Source: an uncultured Candidatus Binatia bacterium (lineage in GTDB: Bacteria > Desulfobacterota > Binatia > Bin18). Taken from it: a DNA stretch of 64,000 nucleotides. Below, piece after piece: positions 8,376-20,303 of the stretch; the first letter of the stretch is position 1, and each line of letters starts with the position of its first letter. The stretch lies in NCBI GenBank assembly GCA_965204455.1, contig CBDBEO010000001.1, positions 390,135-454,134 on the forward strand. The letters run 5' to 3'. The position numbers were made by a program, and so were the translations under genes. Below the pieces are notes generated by a model. That model ran no database searches. It was not told the DNA's origin and saw nothing but the letters and a program-made list of their open reading frames with translations.

Positions 8376-9149
8376 TCAGAACAGCAGTGAGCCGAGGAGA
8401 TAGTCCCAGACCAGGATGAGCACCGAGCACATCACCACGGCCTGGGTCGTGGCCAGGCTCACCCCCTCCGCCCCGCGGGCGGCATAAAAGCCTTTGAAAC
8501 AACACACCCAGGCCACAATAGCCCCGAATGAGAACGATTTATATATGCCGGTCCACACGTCGTGCGAGGTCACGGCGCTGGCCATCTGCGAGAAATAGCT
8601 GCCCACGCTGACCCCCAGCAGCTGAACGCCGACCACATAGCCGCCGTAGATGCCGACCACGGTGAAAACGCTGCTCAGGATGGGAAAGGCGATCAGCGAG
8701 GCCAGCAGAATGGGCACGACCAGGTATTGGATGGGGTGAATGGCCATCACCTCCAGGGCGTCGATCTGCTCGGTAATACGCATGATGCCCAGCTCGGCGG
8801 TCAGGGCCGAGCCGGCGCGGGCGGTAATCATCAGCGACGACAGAACCGGACCCAGCTCAAGAATGAGCGCCAGGCCGACCATCGGGCCGAGCGCCGCCTC
8901 GCCGCCAAAGCGACGCAGCGCGATATAGCCCTGCAGGGCGATGACCATGCCGGTGAAGGCGCCGGTGAAGATAATCAGCACCAGCGAGCGGGCGCCGATG
9001 AAGTACAGACGCCGCAGCAGCGGCGTGAGGCGCAGCGGGGGGACGAACACGAGACCCAGGGCGGAGCCCAGGAAGAGGCCCATGCGGCCCATTTCGCGCA
9101 GCGTTTCAAGCGACCGACGCCCGCAGGCACGCACGACGGGGGTGAACAT
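8376..9149 (-). CDS. mlaE: ABC transporter permease MlaE.
   Basis: MlaE-type TM permease (LGIMRITEQIDALEVMAIHPIQYLVVPILLASLIAFP...). The start at 9149 has an AGGAG RBS. Confidence 0.85.
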   Translation of the reverse strand: MFTPVVRACGRRSLETLREMGRMGLFLGSALGLVFVPPLRLTPLLRRLYFIGARSLVLIIFTGAFTGMVIALQGYIALRRFGGEAALGPMVGLALILELGPVLSSLMITARAGSALTAELGIMRITEQIDALEVMAIHPIQYLVVPILLASLIAFPILSSVFTVVGIYGGYVVGVQLLGVSVGSYFSQMASAVTSHDVWTGIYKSFSFGAIVAWVCCFKGFYAARGAEGVSLATTQAVVMCSVLILVWDYLLGSLLF

Positions 9150-9322
9150 CCAGGCTCCTTTCTGCCGCGACTGCCCCGCACTCGGCCGGAGAGCGATCTG
9201 TCCGGACGGCAGACCGCACACAGCGGCGAAACCCCTAGCATACCCCCCCCTTTTCCTCAAGAGAGTGAACGGCCCGGGATCGCTGGCCGGGGAGTTGAAT
9301 ATCTTGTCAAAGCGCGCTAACA

Positions 9323-9340
9323 GGACAGCTGATCCTGTCC
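9323..9340 (+). promoter_or_regulatory. Perfect 18-bp palindrome GGACAGCTGATCCTGTCC in the mlaE/DHH divergent intergenic region. Candidate operator.
   Basis: Seen in the sequence ~30 nt upstream of the DHH gene RBS. TTGAAT and TTGTCA hexamers lie just upstream. Confidence 0.3.
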
Positions 9341-9372
9341 GGTCGTGCGCCGGACGACGAGGAGGGAACGCC

Positions 9373-10503
9373 ATGGCCGAGACAGCCGAAGCGGTGAGAC
9401 CGGCTCAAGAAGAGCCCCCATTGCGGATCATCAACCCGCAGGAGGCGGACGGGACAAAATGGGCGCAGCTGCGTACCACCTTGAGTCGCCACCAGGGAGA
9501 CAAGCTGCTGCTCATCCTGACCGGCTACCCCGACCCCGACAATATCGCCTCAGGTCTGGCCCACCAGTTTTTGGCCGGCGAATTTGAAATCGAGACCACC
9601 CTGTTGTGTTTTCACGAGGTCAGCCACCAGGAAAACCGGGCGCTGGTCAAACGCCTGGAGATCAACCTCGTGCTGTATGACGAGACCTTCGATCTGGAAC
9701 CCTACGATGTGTACGCCTTTGTCGATACCCAAAAGACGGACACGCCGATCTCGGATCGGCTGGAGGGCAAAACCTTTGTGTCCTTTGTGGACCATCATAA
9801 GCGGCTCGGGGAGGTTGCGGCCGAGTTTGTCGATATCCGCGAGGATGTCGGCTCGACCTGTGCCATCTATGCCGAATACCTGCGGACCCAATATCCCCAC
9901 GGCCTCAACCCGGGCGAAACCGATCAGGTCCGTCTGGCCACGGCGCTGATGCACGGGATCCGCTCCGATACCATGGCCCTGCTTGAGGCAACACGCCTGG
10001 AGTTTGAAGCCGCCGCCTATCTGTGGCCGTGTGTCGATCAGGCTCTGCTCAAAAAGATTGCCGATCAGTCCTTGACCCCGGTGGTGATGGATATGATCCA
10101 GAAGGCACTGGAGAACAAGCAGGTTTTTGACAGCCTGCTGCTGACCGACGTGGGCTTTGTCCGCTCCGAATACCGCGACGGCATCCCGCAGGTGGCCGAG
10201 TTTTTGTTGCGGCGCGAGGGCACCGACACGGTCCTGGTCTTTGGCATTGTTGACGGCAAAACCGTGGACGGCTCGCTGCGGACCCGCAGCGATACGATCT
10301 CCCCGGATATGTTTCTCAAGAAAGCCTTTGGCGCGGACGAGTACAAAAAGAGCTACTACGGCGGGGGCAATATCAAGAATAAGGGCGGCTTTCAGATCCC
10401 CCTCGGCTTTCTGGCCCAAACGGCCGACCGGGACGCTTTGTACACTATGGCCTGTGGGGTGATCCACGAGCGCTTCGTGGAGGCGATCGGCCGCAAAGAG
10501 TAG
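9373..10503 (+). CDS. DHH-family phosphoesterase (NrnA-like oligoribonuclease/pAp-phosphatase type).
   Basis: [10 protein letters not shown] (DHH motif), plus [20 protein letters not shown] and a DHHA1-like C-terminus ([17 protein letters not shown]). GGAGGGA RBS. Confidence 0.75.
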   Translation: MAETAEAVRPAQEEPPLRIINPQEADGTKWAQLRTTLSRHQGDKLLLILTGYPDPDNIASGLAHQFLAGEFEIETTLLCFHEVSHQENRALVKRLEINLVLYDETFDLEPYDVYAFVDTQKTDTPISDRLEGKTFVSFVDHHKRLGEVAAEFVDIREDVGSTCAIYAEYLRTQYPHGLNPGETDQVRLATALMHGIRSDTMALLEATRLEFEAAAYLWPCVDQALLKKIADQSLTPVVMDMIQKALENKQVFDSLLLTDVGFVRSEYRDGIPQVAEFLLRREGTDTVLVFGIVDGKTVDGSLRTRSDTISPDMFLKKAFGADEYKKSYYGGGNIKNKGGFQIPLGFLAQTADRDALYTMACGVIHERFVEAIGRKE

Positions 10504-10547
10504 GGCCGGCGGTCCTGCTTCACACATCCGAACACAAGGAGAGGGAT

Positions 10548-12500
<1,953 letters not shown>

Positions 12501-12521
12501 GCAGCCCTGGGCGACAGACAC

Positions 12522-13973
12522 ATGGCGTTGCATTTCCATAACACCCTGACCGGCAGGGACGAGGAGTTCATCCCCCTGACCGCCGGCAAAGTCGGCATGT
12601 ATGTGTGCGGGGTAACGGTCTATGACCGCTCGCACGTCGGCCATGCCCGAGCCCTGGTGACCTTTGATGTCATCTACCGCTATCTGCGCTTTCTGGGCTA
12701 CGAAGTCCGCTTTGTGCGCAACTTTACCGATGTGGATGACAAGATCATCAGCCGGGCCAACGAGCGCGGCATCTCGGCTCAGGAGCTGTCCGAGACCTAT
12801 ATCAGCGAGTTCGGCCAGGACATGCGGGCGCTGGGCTGTTTGCCGCCGAGCGTTGAGCCCCGGGCCACGCAGCATATTCCCGAGATGATCGACCTGATTC
12901 GGGACCTGGAGAACAAGGGCCTGGCCTATGCGGTCGGGAGCGATGTGTATTATGCGGTTGAGCGCTTTGCCGCCTACGGCAAGCTGTCGCACCGCCAGCT
13001 CGAAGACATGCTGGCCGGCGCCCGGGTCGAGGTCGATACGCGCAAACGCCACGCCCTGGATTTTGCCCTGTGGAAGGCCAGCAAGCCCGGCGAACCCGAG
13101 TGGGACAGCCCCTGGGGCAAGGGCCGGCCCGGCTGGCATATTGAGTGCTCGGCCATGAGCAGCCGCTATCTGGGCCAGCCGTTCGATATTCACGGCGGGG
13201 GGGCGGATCTCATCTTTCCCCATCATGAGAATGAGATCGCACAGTCCGAAGGCGCAAAAGACTGCCCCTTTGCGCGCTACTGGCTGCACAACGGCATGGT
13301 CACCGTTGAGCACGAAAAGATGTCGAAGTCGCTGGGCAACTTCCTGACCATCGGCCAGGTGCTGGAAGCCCGCGCGGCCGAGGTCTTGCGGGTGGTGTTG
13401 TTATCGACCCAGTACCGTATGCCGCTTGACTTCTCGGACCAGAAGCTGGACGAGGCTGAAAAGAGCCTGCGCCGGGTGTACCAGACCCTGGCCCGCCTCG
13501 ACGAGGCGCTCGGCCCGGCTGCCGGGCACGAGCCGGACCATCCGCGTTCTACCGACTCTCCGGTTCTGGGCCGCTTTCAGGACGCCATGGATGACGACTG
13601 CAACACGCCTCGGGCGCTGGGCGTGGTGTTTGAGACGGTCCGGGAGGCCAACCGTCGGCTCGACGCCGGGCAGCTCGACAGCCTGCTTCAGCTTCGCCAG
13701 GACCTGAACACCATCGGCGGGGTACTGGGGATGTTGCAGGAGGCGCCGGCCGACTTTTTACGGCGGGTCCGGCAAGAAGGGCTGGCCGGCAGCGGCCTGA
13801 GCCCGCAGGCGATTGAGCAGCTGATCGCCGACCGGGCTGCAGCCCGCAAAGCCAGAGATTTCAGCACCGCCGACGCGATCCGCGATCAGCTCCAGGCTCA
13901 GGGGATTGTGCTCAAGGATTCCCCGACCGGGACGACCTGGACCGTTGAGTCCGGTCCTAGCGGCCGCTCCTGA
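12522..13973 (+). CDS. cysS: Cysteinyl-tRNA synthetase.
   Basis: HVGHARA (HIGH), KMSKSLGN, and the zinc-binding motifs CGVTVYD / HIECSAM. Confidence 0.95.
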   Translation: MALHFHNTLTGRDEEFIPLTAGKVGMYVCGVTVYDRSHVGHARALVTFDVIYRYLRFLGYEVRFVRNFTDVDDKIISRANERGISAQELSETYISEFGQDMRALGCLPPSVEPRATQHIPEMIDLIRDLENKGLAYAVGSDVYYAVERFAAYGKLSHRQLEDMLAGARVEVDTRKRHALDFALWKASKPGEPEWDSPWGKGRPGWHIECSAMSSRYLGQPFDIHGGGADLIFPHHENEIAQSEGAKDCPFARYWLHNGMVTVEHEKMSKSLGNFLTIGQVLEARAAEVLRVVLLSTQYRMPLDFSDQKLDEAEKSLRRVYQTLARLDEALGPAAGHEPDHPRSTDSPVLGRFQDAMDDDCNTPRALGVVFETVREANRRLDAGQLDSLLQLRQDLNTIGGVLGMLQEAPADFLRRVRQEGLAGSGLSPQAIEQLIADRAAARKARDFSTADAIRDQLQAQGIVLKDSPTGTTWTVESGPSGRS

Positions 13974-15282
13974 TCAGATAGTTGCGGGAAAAAATCGACG
14001 CATTATTGCTGTCGATATCCTCGTTGAAATACCACTCGGTCTGCCACTCCGCAGGTGGGCTGTGGACGGCCGGAGCCTCAAAGGTCGTGGCGTGGGGAGC
14101 CTGCATATCGACCATCACCGCCTGGGGCATGAAGGCCCATTCGTCGCTGTAGTTGTAGCGGGCGCCCGCAATCGGGTTGACGGGATAGGCGTCGTGGGGC
14201 TTGGTGGTGTAGGCGATGCTGCGCACGAAGACCTTCCACAGCTCGCCCTGCAGGTCGTAGATTTCCTGGATCAGCGGGGCATAGAACTCCTGGTCGACGT
14301 ACAGTATTCGCTTGGAGTAGGTATAGCGTCCGGCATAGCCGACCGGGATGGCCTCGACGACCCACACCCGCCGTTTCTCCCACGGCACGCAGGGCAGGGC
14401 GGCCAGGATGCCCCGATTCTCGTTCTGGGCTGCGCACCAGGCCGACGGGTCGCCGTACTTGTCGCTATGCACGACCGCCAGGATGTCCTTGTCGGCCAGC
14501 ACCCGGAAGCTCCAGAAGCTGAGCTTGGCATTAAAGCCCCACCACGAGTCCAGATCGACATCCGTCCGCCACAGCGGCGTGCTGCGATCAACGATGCTGA
14601 CCCGGTGCACGCGGCGCGTCTCGGGGATGTAGGCGTAGGTGTCGTCGAGCGCGTCGGGCGCCTGGTAGCGGAAGGACAGGATGGAGGTGCCCTTGTGGTC
14701 GTTGGGCAGAAAGGCGGGACCGATCAGATTGGTGTGGCTGACGTTCCGGGCGTGGGGGATGACCGGTTTGGGGTCGCTGTACAGGCGACCGGTCCACATC
14801 AGACGCCGCCACGGATAGGAGAAGGTGCGTTCCAGCTCGCCGCTGGCGCTCACCGTCTGGGTTGTCGAGTCGGTGCCGAAGTTGTCGATGCTGAACGGCG
14901 GATGTTCCTGGTTCCACATGATCCGAAAGCCGGCCAAAGGATCGTTGAGGTCAATGGACGGAAAGGGGCAGCCGGCCACATAGTTGAGCAGCTGCCGTCC
15001 GTCGTCGGACAGGCTGACCTGGCTGGCGAATTTCTCGGTGGCTTCTTCGTAGGCGGTGGGCCAGGTCACCCGTCTGGTGGCAATGATCCGCATCGGCATG
15101 CCCTGCTCCAGCATCCAGCGGGTTGACGGGGTGAGGAGGGTTTCGGCCTGTGCGACCGTGTCTATGGTGAGGGTCTCGCCGGCAGCAACCTCGGCCCCGC
15201 ACGGGCTGGCCGCTCCCACCAGCCACAGGCTGAGCAGCCCGACGAGTATGGTCCATGACTCCGCCCCTGATCTCTTTCGCAT
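13957..15282 (-). CDS. DUF1329-family periplasmic protein (LolA-like fold, outer-membrane lipoprotein-sorting-related).
   Basis: Own signal peptide MRKRSGAESWTILVGLLSLWLVGAASPC after a GGAG RBS. DUF1329-like length (441 aa) and a W/Y-rich pattern. Distinct from the upstream YciI-like open frame. Confidence 0.6.
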   Translation of the reverse strand: MRKRSGAESWTILVGLLSLWLVGAASPCGAEVAAGETLTIDTVAQAETLLTPSTRWMLEQGMPMRIIATRRVTWPTAYEEATEKFASQVSLSDDGRQLLNYVAGCPFPSIDLNDPLAGFRIMWNQEHPPFSIDNFGTDSTTQTVSASGELERTFSYPWRRLMWTGRLYSDPKPVIPHARNVSHTNLIGPAFLPNDHKGTSILSFRYQAPDALDDTYAYIPETRRVHRVSIVDRSTPLWRTDVDLDSWWGFNAKLSFWSFRVLADKDILAVVHSDKYGDPSAWCAAQNENRGILAALPCVPWEKRRVWVVEAIPVGYAGRYTYSKRILYVDQEFYAPLIQEIYDLQGELWKVFVRSIAYTTKPHDAYPVNPIAGARYNYSDEWAFMPQAVMVDMQAPHATTFEAPAVHSPPAEWQTEWYFNEDIDSNNASIFSRNYLIRSGR

Positions 15283-15349
15283 CTCGACTCCTCTGGTCGT
15301 TGTGGAAGGAGGTCTTCCACGGAACCGCATCTCTTCCTGCTTCCCCCGT

Positions 15350-15375
15350 CCGCCATCATCCGAATCGGATGGCGG
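15350..15375 (-). promoter_or_regulatory. Stable hairpin (CCGCCATC...GATGGCGG with an inner ATCCGA/TCGGAT) between the YciI-like ORF and the DUF1329 gene.
   Basis: Inverted repeat seen in the sequence. Role unknown (terminator, attenuator or processing site). Confidence 0.3.
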
Positions 15376-15448
15376 ACAGCCTGCGGTTTCACAGGCTCTT
15401 GCTACGAAACGCGGCGCTCCGAGTCCCGCTCGCATCACGCGCGGGAGA

Positions 15449-15759
15449 CTAGGCGGGACGCCCCGTCCGCCAGTCCCACGGGCGCTGACCGGCACCTGAC
15501 AGTCGGCGAGCATATCCGCCTTGCTGAGAGGATGGTCCGCGACAAAAGCGCGCACTGCCTCAAGTGAAGGCGCTTCGACCACTATGAGAGAGCCGTTGAT
15601 GGTCTCTCCGGTGTCGGTCAGCGTCGGGCCGGCATGATGAAGGCTGACATCGGGATGAGCGGGGTGAGCGTGCAGATAGGCGCGGATGGTGTCCACCATA
15701 TCGATTCGCGTCTGTCCCGCGCCTGGTTTGTCGGTTATGAAAATCACGAAATACATCAA
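15449..15759 (-). CDS. YciI-like (YCII-related domain) protein. The annotated frame has no stop before the DUF1329 gene. A +1 frame gives ...QRPWDWRTGRPA* ending at 15449, suggesting a frameshift or indel.
   Basis: MMYFVIFITDKPGAGQTRIDMV...LHHAGPTLTDTGETINGSLIVVEAPSLEAVRAFVADHP matches the YciI family. The family's typical C-terminal RPW appears only after a 1-nt frame change. Confidence 0.55.
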
Positions 15760-15806
15760 CGTGTCCTCCTGTGTTGAGCAGCAAGCCTGGTGAAGCCGTG
15801 CCCGCC

Positions 15807-17585
15807 TTACGTCTGTCCACCTGGACTCAGCCCTGAGGCTCCCACGCGGACGGTCACGATGTCAACGTCATGGTATTGCTGATGGCGAACCGAGGAGGCG
15901 AGGTGCCGCAACAGCCGCAGTGAGACTTCCCGCTCAATCACATCCTCGGCCACATCCTCGGCGGGCTGCTCGCTGAGCAACGTAATCTGGTCCTGAAGGT
16001 TTTCCTCACCCATCGAGGCGAAGAATTCGAGGATCGCCGCACCGTCTTCCTTGTGCGCAACCAGAAGCAAGCGCCGCCGCTGCCGCTCTGCCCCAGCTTC
16101 ATCCTGCCCGAGGAGTGTCAGCAGGGCCTCCTCGCCGACGGCGTCGAGGCGCTCCGTCATGGTTGTGTCCCACCCGTTGCGGGACGCGAAGACGCCGAGA
16201 AAATCCTTGATTTTCCGCAGGGCCGAGAGGCCGAACTCTACCTCAAGCCGACTGTGGCGCGGTTTTGTCAGCTCCACGAAGAGGGTCATGAGGATGGCGA
16301 CGAGGCCGCCGGCTATCATCCCGTTCCGCAGCAGACCTCCCGCGAACCCCAAGACATGCTCGGGAAATATCACGCCATTCTGGAAGCCGACCCCAAGCCA
16401 GAACGCGATGCCGGCGATTAAGCCTTTGCGATAGTCGAGCCCATCCTGCACGATCATCTTGATGCCGAGGATGAAAATCGTCGCCATCGTTATGGTAATA
16501 AAAGCGGCGATAACCGGGCTCGGTATGGCCAGGAATACGGCGAGCACTTTCGGCAGGAAGGCGAGCGTGATGAGCAGCGCCCCGAGCACGACGCCGACAC
16601 TGCGGGAGCTGATGCCGGTCAACTCGGCCATCGCCGCGCCCGTCGGACGGAACCCGTTCGGCATTGTGCCCGCGAGGCCGGACAGGAGATTGCCGACGCC
16701 GTCGGCGGCCACCGCCCCTTGCACCGCTCGGAAATCCACCGCCCGGGGCTGACGCCAGGATAGGCGCTGAATGGAAACGGTGCTGCTGATCGTTTGGATT
16801 GTGCACAGCAGGGCGATGAACAGAAACGCCGGAAGAAGCCCCCAGAAAGCCGGTCCGAAGTTGAGATCGAAGCCCGGCCATTCGGCGCTCGGGAGGCCAA
16901 TCCACGCAGCCTCGGCAACGCGGTCGATGTCATAGAGACCGAAAACTCCGGCGATCACTGAGCCGGCGGCAATGCCGATGCCCGGCGCCCAGAGGCGCAG
17001 CGGCCCCGTCGCCTGCAGCATGATGCCAACAGCGACGAGGAGGGTCGCCAGCGCGCTCAGCGGAGCGGCCAAGGCCGGGGTTCCGTCCGGCACCTTCTTC
17101 AGCTGATCGAAGATAATCGGCATGACCGTAACCGGCGTGAGCATGAACACCGTTCCTGTGATGGTCGGCGTCAGCAGTCGCCGGAACAGCGAAAGACGTG
17201 CGGAGAACACAAACTGGAAGAGCGCCATGATGAAGACCATGCTGGCGAGCAGGGCCGGGCCGCCTGCGGCGACCGCCATGACACTGACCGCGATAGCGAT
17301 TCCGGGTGGGCCTGTCGTCAGGATATAGCCTGCGCCGACCGGGCCGACCCGCACCGCTTGCAGCAGGGTGGTGACACCACAGGCTATGACGGAGGCAAAC
17401 ACGGCCCATAACAGGAAGACCTCGGTCTCGCCGGCGGCCTGGAACATGGTCGTCGGAATCAACACGATACCGGGCAAAAGGAGAGCGACGAGTTGCAGAG
17501 CGAGGCCAAGGGCCAGCGCCGCCGGGAGTTTCTCGTCGGGCTGGTAGCGAACGCTGGAACCTGGCTTGGATGCGTTGGTACTCAT
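15807..17585 (-). CDS. NCS2-like (nucleobase:cation symporter/xanthine-uracil permease-type) transporter with a ~150-aa C-terminal cytoplasmic extension.
   Basis: 12-14 predicted TM helices with GISSRSVGVVLGALLITLAFLPKV...IPSPVIAAF (NCS2-like signature region). RBS GGAGGGATGG. Family assignment is tentative. Confidence 0.5.
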   Translation of the reverse strand: MSTNASKPGSSVRYQPDEKLPAALALGLALQLVALLLPGIVLIPTTMFQAAGETEVFLLWAVFASVIACGVTTLLQAVRVGPVGAGYILTTGPPGIAIAVSVMAVAAGGPALLASMVFIMALFQFVFSARLSLFRRLLTPTITGTVFMLTPVTVMPIIFDQLKKVPDGTPALAAPLSALATLLVAVGIMLQATGPLRLWAPGIGIAAGSVIAGVFGLYDIDRVAEAAWIGLPSAEWPGFDLNFGPAFWGLLPAFLFIALLCTIQTISSTVSIQRLSWRQPRAVDFRAVQGAVAADGVGNLLSGLAGTMPNGFRPTGAAMAELTGISSRSVGVVLGALLITLAFLPKVLAVFLAIPSPVIAAFITITMATIFILGIKMIVQDGLDYRKGLIAGIAFWLGVGFQNGVIFPEHVLGFAGGLLRNGMIAGGLVAILMTLFVELTKPRHSRLEVEFGLSALRKIKDFLGVFASRNGWDTTMTERLDAVGEEALLTLLGQDEAGAERQRRRLLLVAHKEDGAAILEFFASMGEENLQDQITLLSEQPAEDVAEDVIEREVSLRLLRHLASSVRHQQYHDVDIVTVRVGASGLSPGGQT

Positions 17586-17952
17586 GCCATCCCTCTTGTG
17601 TTCCAGCGGACTGAGCGGCCCTTGCCGGCCGGTGGTGCTGAATCGGACCCGGCGCGGAGGAATGTAAGGCGAGGCACATCGCCTCCGGGCGATACGGGCT
17701 GGGAGCTTAGCACCGGGTTTGTGCCCTTTCAACGGTCGCTTCGGGCGGTTGGCGCTGATCTGGGCGGACAAGGTGTGGACGGGGGCGGCTTGTCACTGTG
17801 TCACGTGGGCGCGCTGCCATGTCCGGTGCGCGCTGCGCTTGCCCGTGACCGCTGAAACCTCTATGTATCGCGCCATAACCCAGCCGATGCTCAAACGGTC
17901 GAGACCACCCAAAATGGGCCAGGACGATTCACAAATCTTAGACAGGGAATGG

Positions 17953-18990
17953 ATGCGGCTGCTCCGAGGGGTCGCAGGATGGGCGACGTTTGCCGCGCTC
18001 TGCGCGGGAATAGTCTGCGCGCTTTCGAGCGGCGCAGACGCGGAGCAGATCACGCTTCGGCTGCACACTTTCAGCGCGCCTCAGGCGATCGCCAATCGCG
18101 TGTTCATACAGCCTTGGGCGCAGGCGATTGAGGAGAAGTCCGGGAACCGGGTCGAGGTCCAGGTGTTTACGGCCATGCAACTGGGCGGCAAGCCGTCAGA
18201 TCTGTATGGCCAGGCGCGTGATGGAGTGGTTGATATTGTCTGGACCCTGCCCGGCTACTCGCCGGGGCGGTTCCCGTTGACGGAGGTGTTCGAACTGCCC
18301 TCCGTCGCCGGCGATGCGGTAGCGACCAGCCAAGCCCTGACCGAGTTCTACCGGAAGTGGATGCGGGACGAGTACAAGGACACCCGGCCGTTGGTCTTTC
18401 ATGCCACCGCCCGCAGCCACCTCCACACCGCCGGGAAACAGATTCGCACCTTGGAGGACTTCGAGGGGCTGAAGATGCGCGCCTCCTCGCGGACCAGCGC
18501 GGCCATGCTCAGGGCGCTGGGCGCCATCCCGGTCGGTATGCCGGTTCCTGACGTCTATGAGGCGCTGTCCCGAGGCGTGGTCGACGGAGCCTGGATACCC
18601 TGGACCATCATGCGTCCCCTCCGCCTGCACGAAGTGACGAAATACCACACTGAGGTCTTCCTCTCCTGCGCCGTGTTCGTGATGACCATGAACACGCAGC
18701 GCTACGATCAGCTCCCGCCGGATATCAGAGCCATCATCGACGACAGCACGGGGATGGCACTGGCCAAACGACTCGGCCGGCTATGGAAGGACGACGAGAA
18801 GCCGGGCCGCGCCCTTGCGGTCAAGCGGGGCGATCCGATTCTGTCGCTCTCCGCAGTGGAGAGGGCGCGCTGGGAGAAGGCGACCCAGCCGGTTGTCGAG
18901 AGTTGGATCGAGAGGGTCAGTGCCATGGGGTATGATGGGCGGGCGCTGATTGCTGAGGCAAGGCGCTTGGTCGCCAAGTATAGCGACTAG
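17953..18990 (+). CDS. dctP: TRAP transporter substrate-binding protein (DctP family).
   Basis: Signal peptide MRLLRGVAGWATFAALCAGIVCALSSGADA. DctP-like core (RLHTFSAPQAIANRVFIQPWAQAIEEKSGNRVEVQVF...TRPLVFHATAR). Confidence 0.8.
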   Translation: MRLLRGVAGWATFAALCAGIVCALSSGADAEQITLRLHTFSAPQAIANRVFIQPWAQAIEEKSGNRVEVQVFTAMQLGGKPSDLYGQARDGVVDIVWTLPGYSPGRFPLTEVFELPSVAGDAVATSQALTEFYRKWMRDEYKDTRPLVFHATARSHLHTAGKQIRTLEDFEGLKMRASSRTSAAMLRALGAIPVGMPVPDVYEALSRGVVDGAWIPWTIMRPLRLHEVTKYHTEVFLSCAVFVMTMNTQRYDQLPPDIRAIIDDSTGMALAKRLGRLWKDDEKPGRALAVKRGDPILSLSAVERARWEKATQPVVESWIERVSAMGYDGRALIAEARRLVAKYSD

Positions 18991-20303
18991 AGCAGCCCCG
19001 GGAGCCACAGGCAGGTTGCGGGCAGGGCCAGAATGAGCGCGACTCGAACGCAGTCGCTCAGCAGGAACGGGACGATACCCCGGAACGACTCGCCAAGCCG
19101 GACCCCCTCGGCCAGCGAATTGATAATATAGACGTTGAGGCCGATCGGCGGGGTGATCAGCCCGATCTCGACGACGGTCAGCGTCAGAATCCCAAACCAG
19201 AGCGCCATCTCCTCCTCGCTGAAGCCGAAATCAAGCCCGGTGACCAGCGGGAAGAACACCGGCACTGTGAGGAGGATCATGGCCATGCTGTCCATCACGC
19301 AGCCGAGGATCAGATAGACGACCAAAATACCGATCAGGATCGACATCGGCGCCAGCCCCGATGCCGTGAGGGCGTCCGCCAGCTCGACTGGAATCTGGGA
19401 CAGCGCGAGAAAGGCGCTATAGATATCGGCGCCGATCAGAATCATGAAGACCATCGCGGTGGCTTGGGCGGTATCAAGCAGACTCGACGCAAAGCTCGCC
19501 CAACTCATCCGACCAGAGGCCAGCGCGACCAAGGCGGTGGCCGCAGCGCCGATAGCAGCGCCCTCGGTGGGGGTGAACACGCCGAGATAGATACCGCCGA
19601 TGACCAGCACAAAGATCGCCGCGACCGGCAATACCGCGCCCAGGCTGCGCACGCGTTCGCCGAACGGCACGGCCGGCGCGACTGGGGCCGATTCGGGCTT
19701 GAGCCGCACGTACAGGCTGATCGCGATCGCATAGCCAAGCGTCGTGATGAGACCGGGGATGAGCGCGGCGAGGAACAGCTTGCCGACGGATTGTTCGGTA
19801 ATAATGGCGTAGATCACCAGGATGACCGAGGGAGGGATCAGAATGCCGAGCGTGCCGCCGCCGGCCAGCGTGCCGGTCGCCAGCGCCCCGGAATAGCCGG
19901 AGCGTTTCATCTCGGGCAGCGCCACCGAGGCCATCGTCGCTCCGGTCGCAACCGACGAACCGCACACCGCCCCGAACGCCGCGCATCCGCAGATCGTCGA
20001 GATGGCGAGCCCGCCGCGATAGTGCCCCACCCAGGCGCGGGCGCTTGTGAACAGCGAGCGGGTGAGCCCCGCCCGGGTCGCAAACTGACCCATCAGCAGG
20101 AACAGCGGCAGCACGGAAAGGGTGTAGCTCGACACCCGGCTGAACGGGGCGGTGTTGAGGAGGTTGAGAAACGCCGGCCAGCCCGCCAGCGAGGCGAAGC
20201 CGAAGCCGCCGACCACAAACATCGCGATCCCGACCGGCATCCGAAGAGCGATCAGCCCCAGGCAGATGCCGAACAAGAGGCCGCCGAATTCAACATTGGT
20301 CAT
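18987..20303 (-). CDS. dctM: TRAP transporter large permease (DctM).
   Basis: DctM-type 12-TM permease (LGILIPPSVILVIYAIITEQSVGKLFLAALIPGLI...). Converges on dctP with a 4-bp overlap. Start at 20303 overlaps the dctQ stop (ATGA). Confidence 0.85.
   Translation of the reverse strand: MTNVEFGGLLFGICLGLIALRMPVGIAMFVVGGFGFASLAGWPAFLNLLNTAPFSRVSSYTLSVLPLFLLMGQFATRAGLTRSLFTSARAWVGHYRGGLAISTICGCAAFGAVCGSSVATGATMASVALPEMKRSGYSGALATGTLAGGGTLGILIPPSVILVIYAIITEQSVGKLFLAALIPGLITTLGYAIAISLYVRLKPESAPVAPAVPFGERVRSLGAVLPVAAIFVLVIGGIYLGVFTPTEGAAIGAAATALVALASGRMSWASFASSLLDTAQATAMVFMILIGADIYSAFLALSQIPVELADALTASGLAPMSILIGILVVYLILGCVMDSMAMILLTVPVFFPLVTGLDFGFSEEEMALWFGILTLTVVEIGLITPPIGLNVYIINSLAEGVRLGESFRGIVPFLLSDCVRVALILALPATCLWLPGLL

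Noticed and set aside
13906-15126. 406-aa plus-strand ORF opposite the DUF1329 gene
   Set aside because: Antisense artefact. The minus-strand gene has a signal peptide, an RBS and a family-like sequence.
13957-15759. 600-aa ORF treated as a single protein
   Set aside because: It contains two unrelated units. A YciI-like domain comes first. Then an internal RBS, ATG and signal peptide start a DUF1329 protein. The continuous frame is best explained by a missing stop or frameshift.
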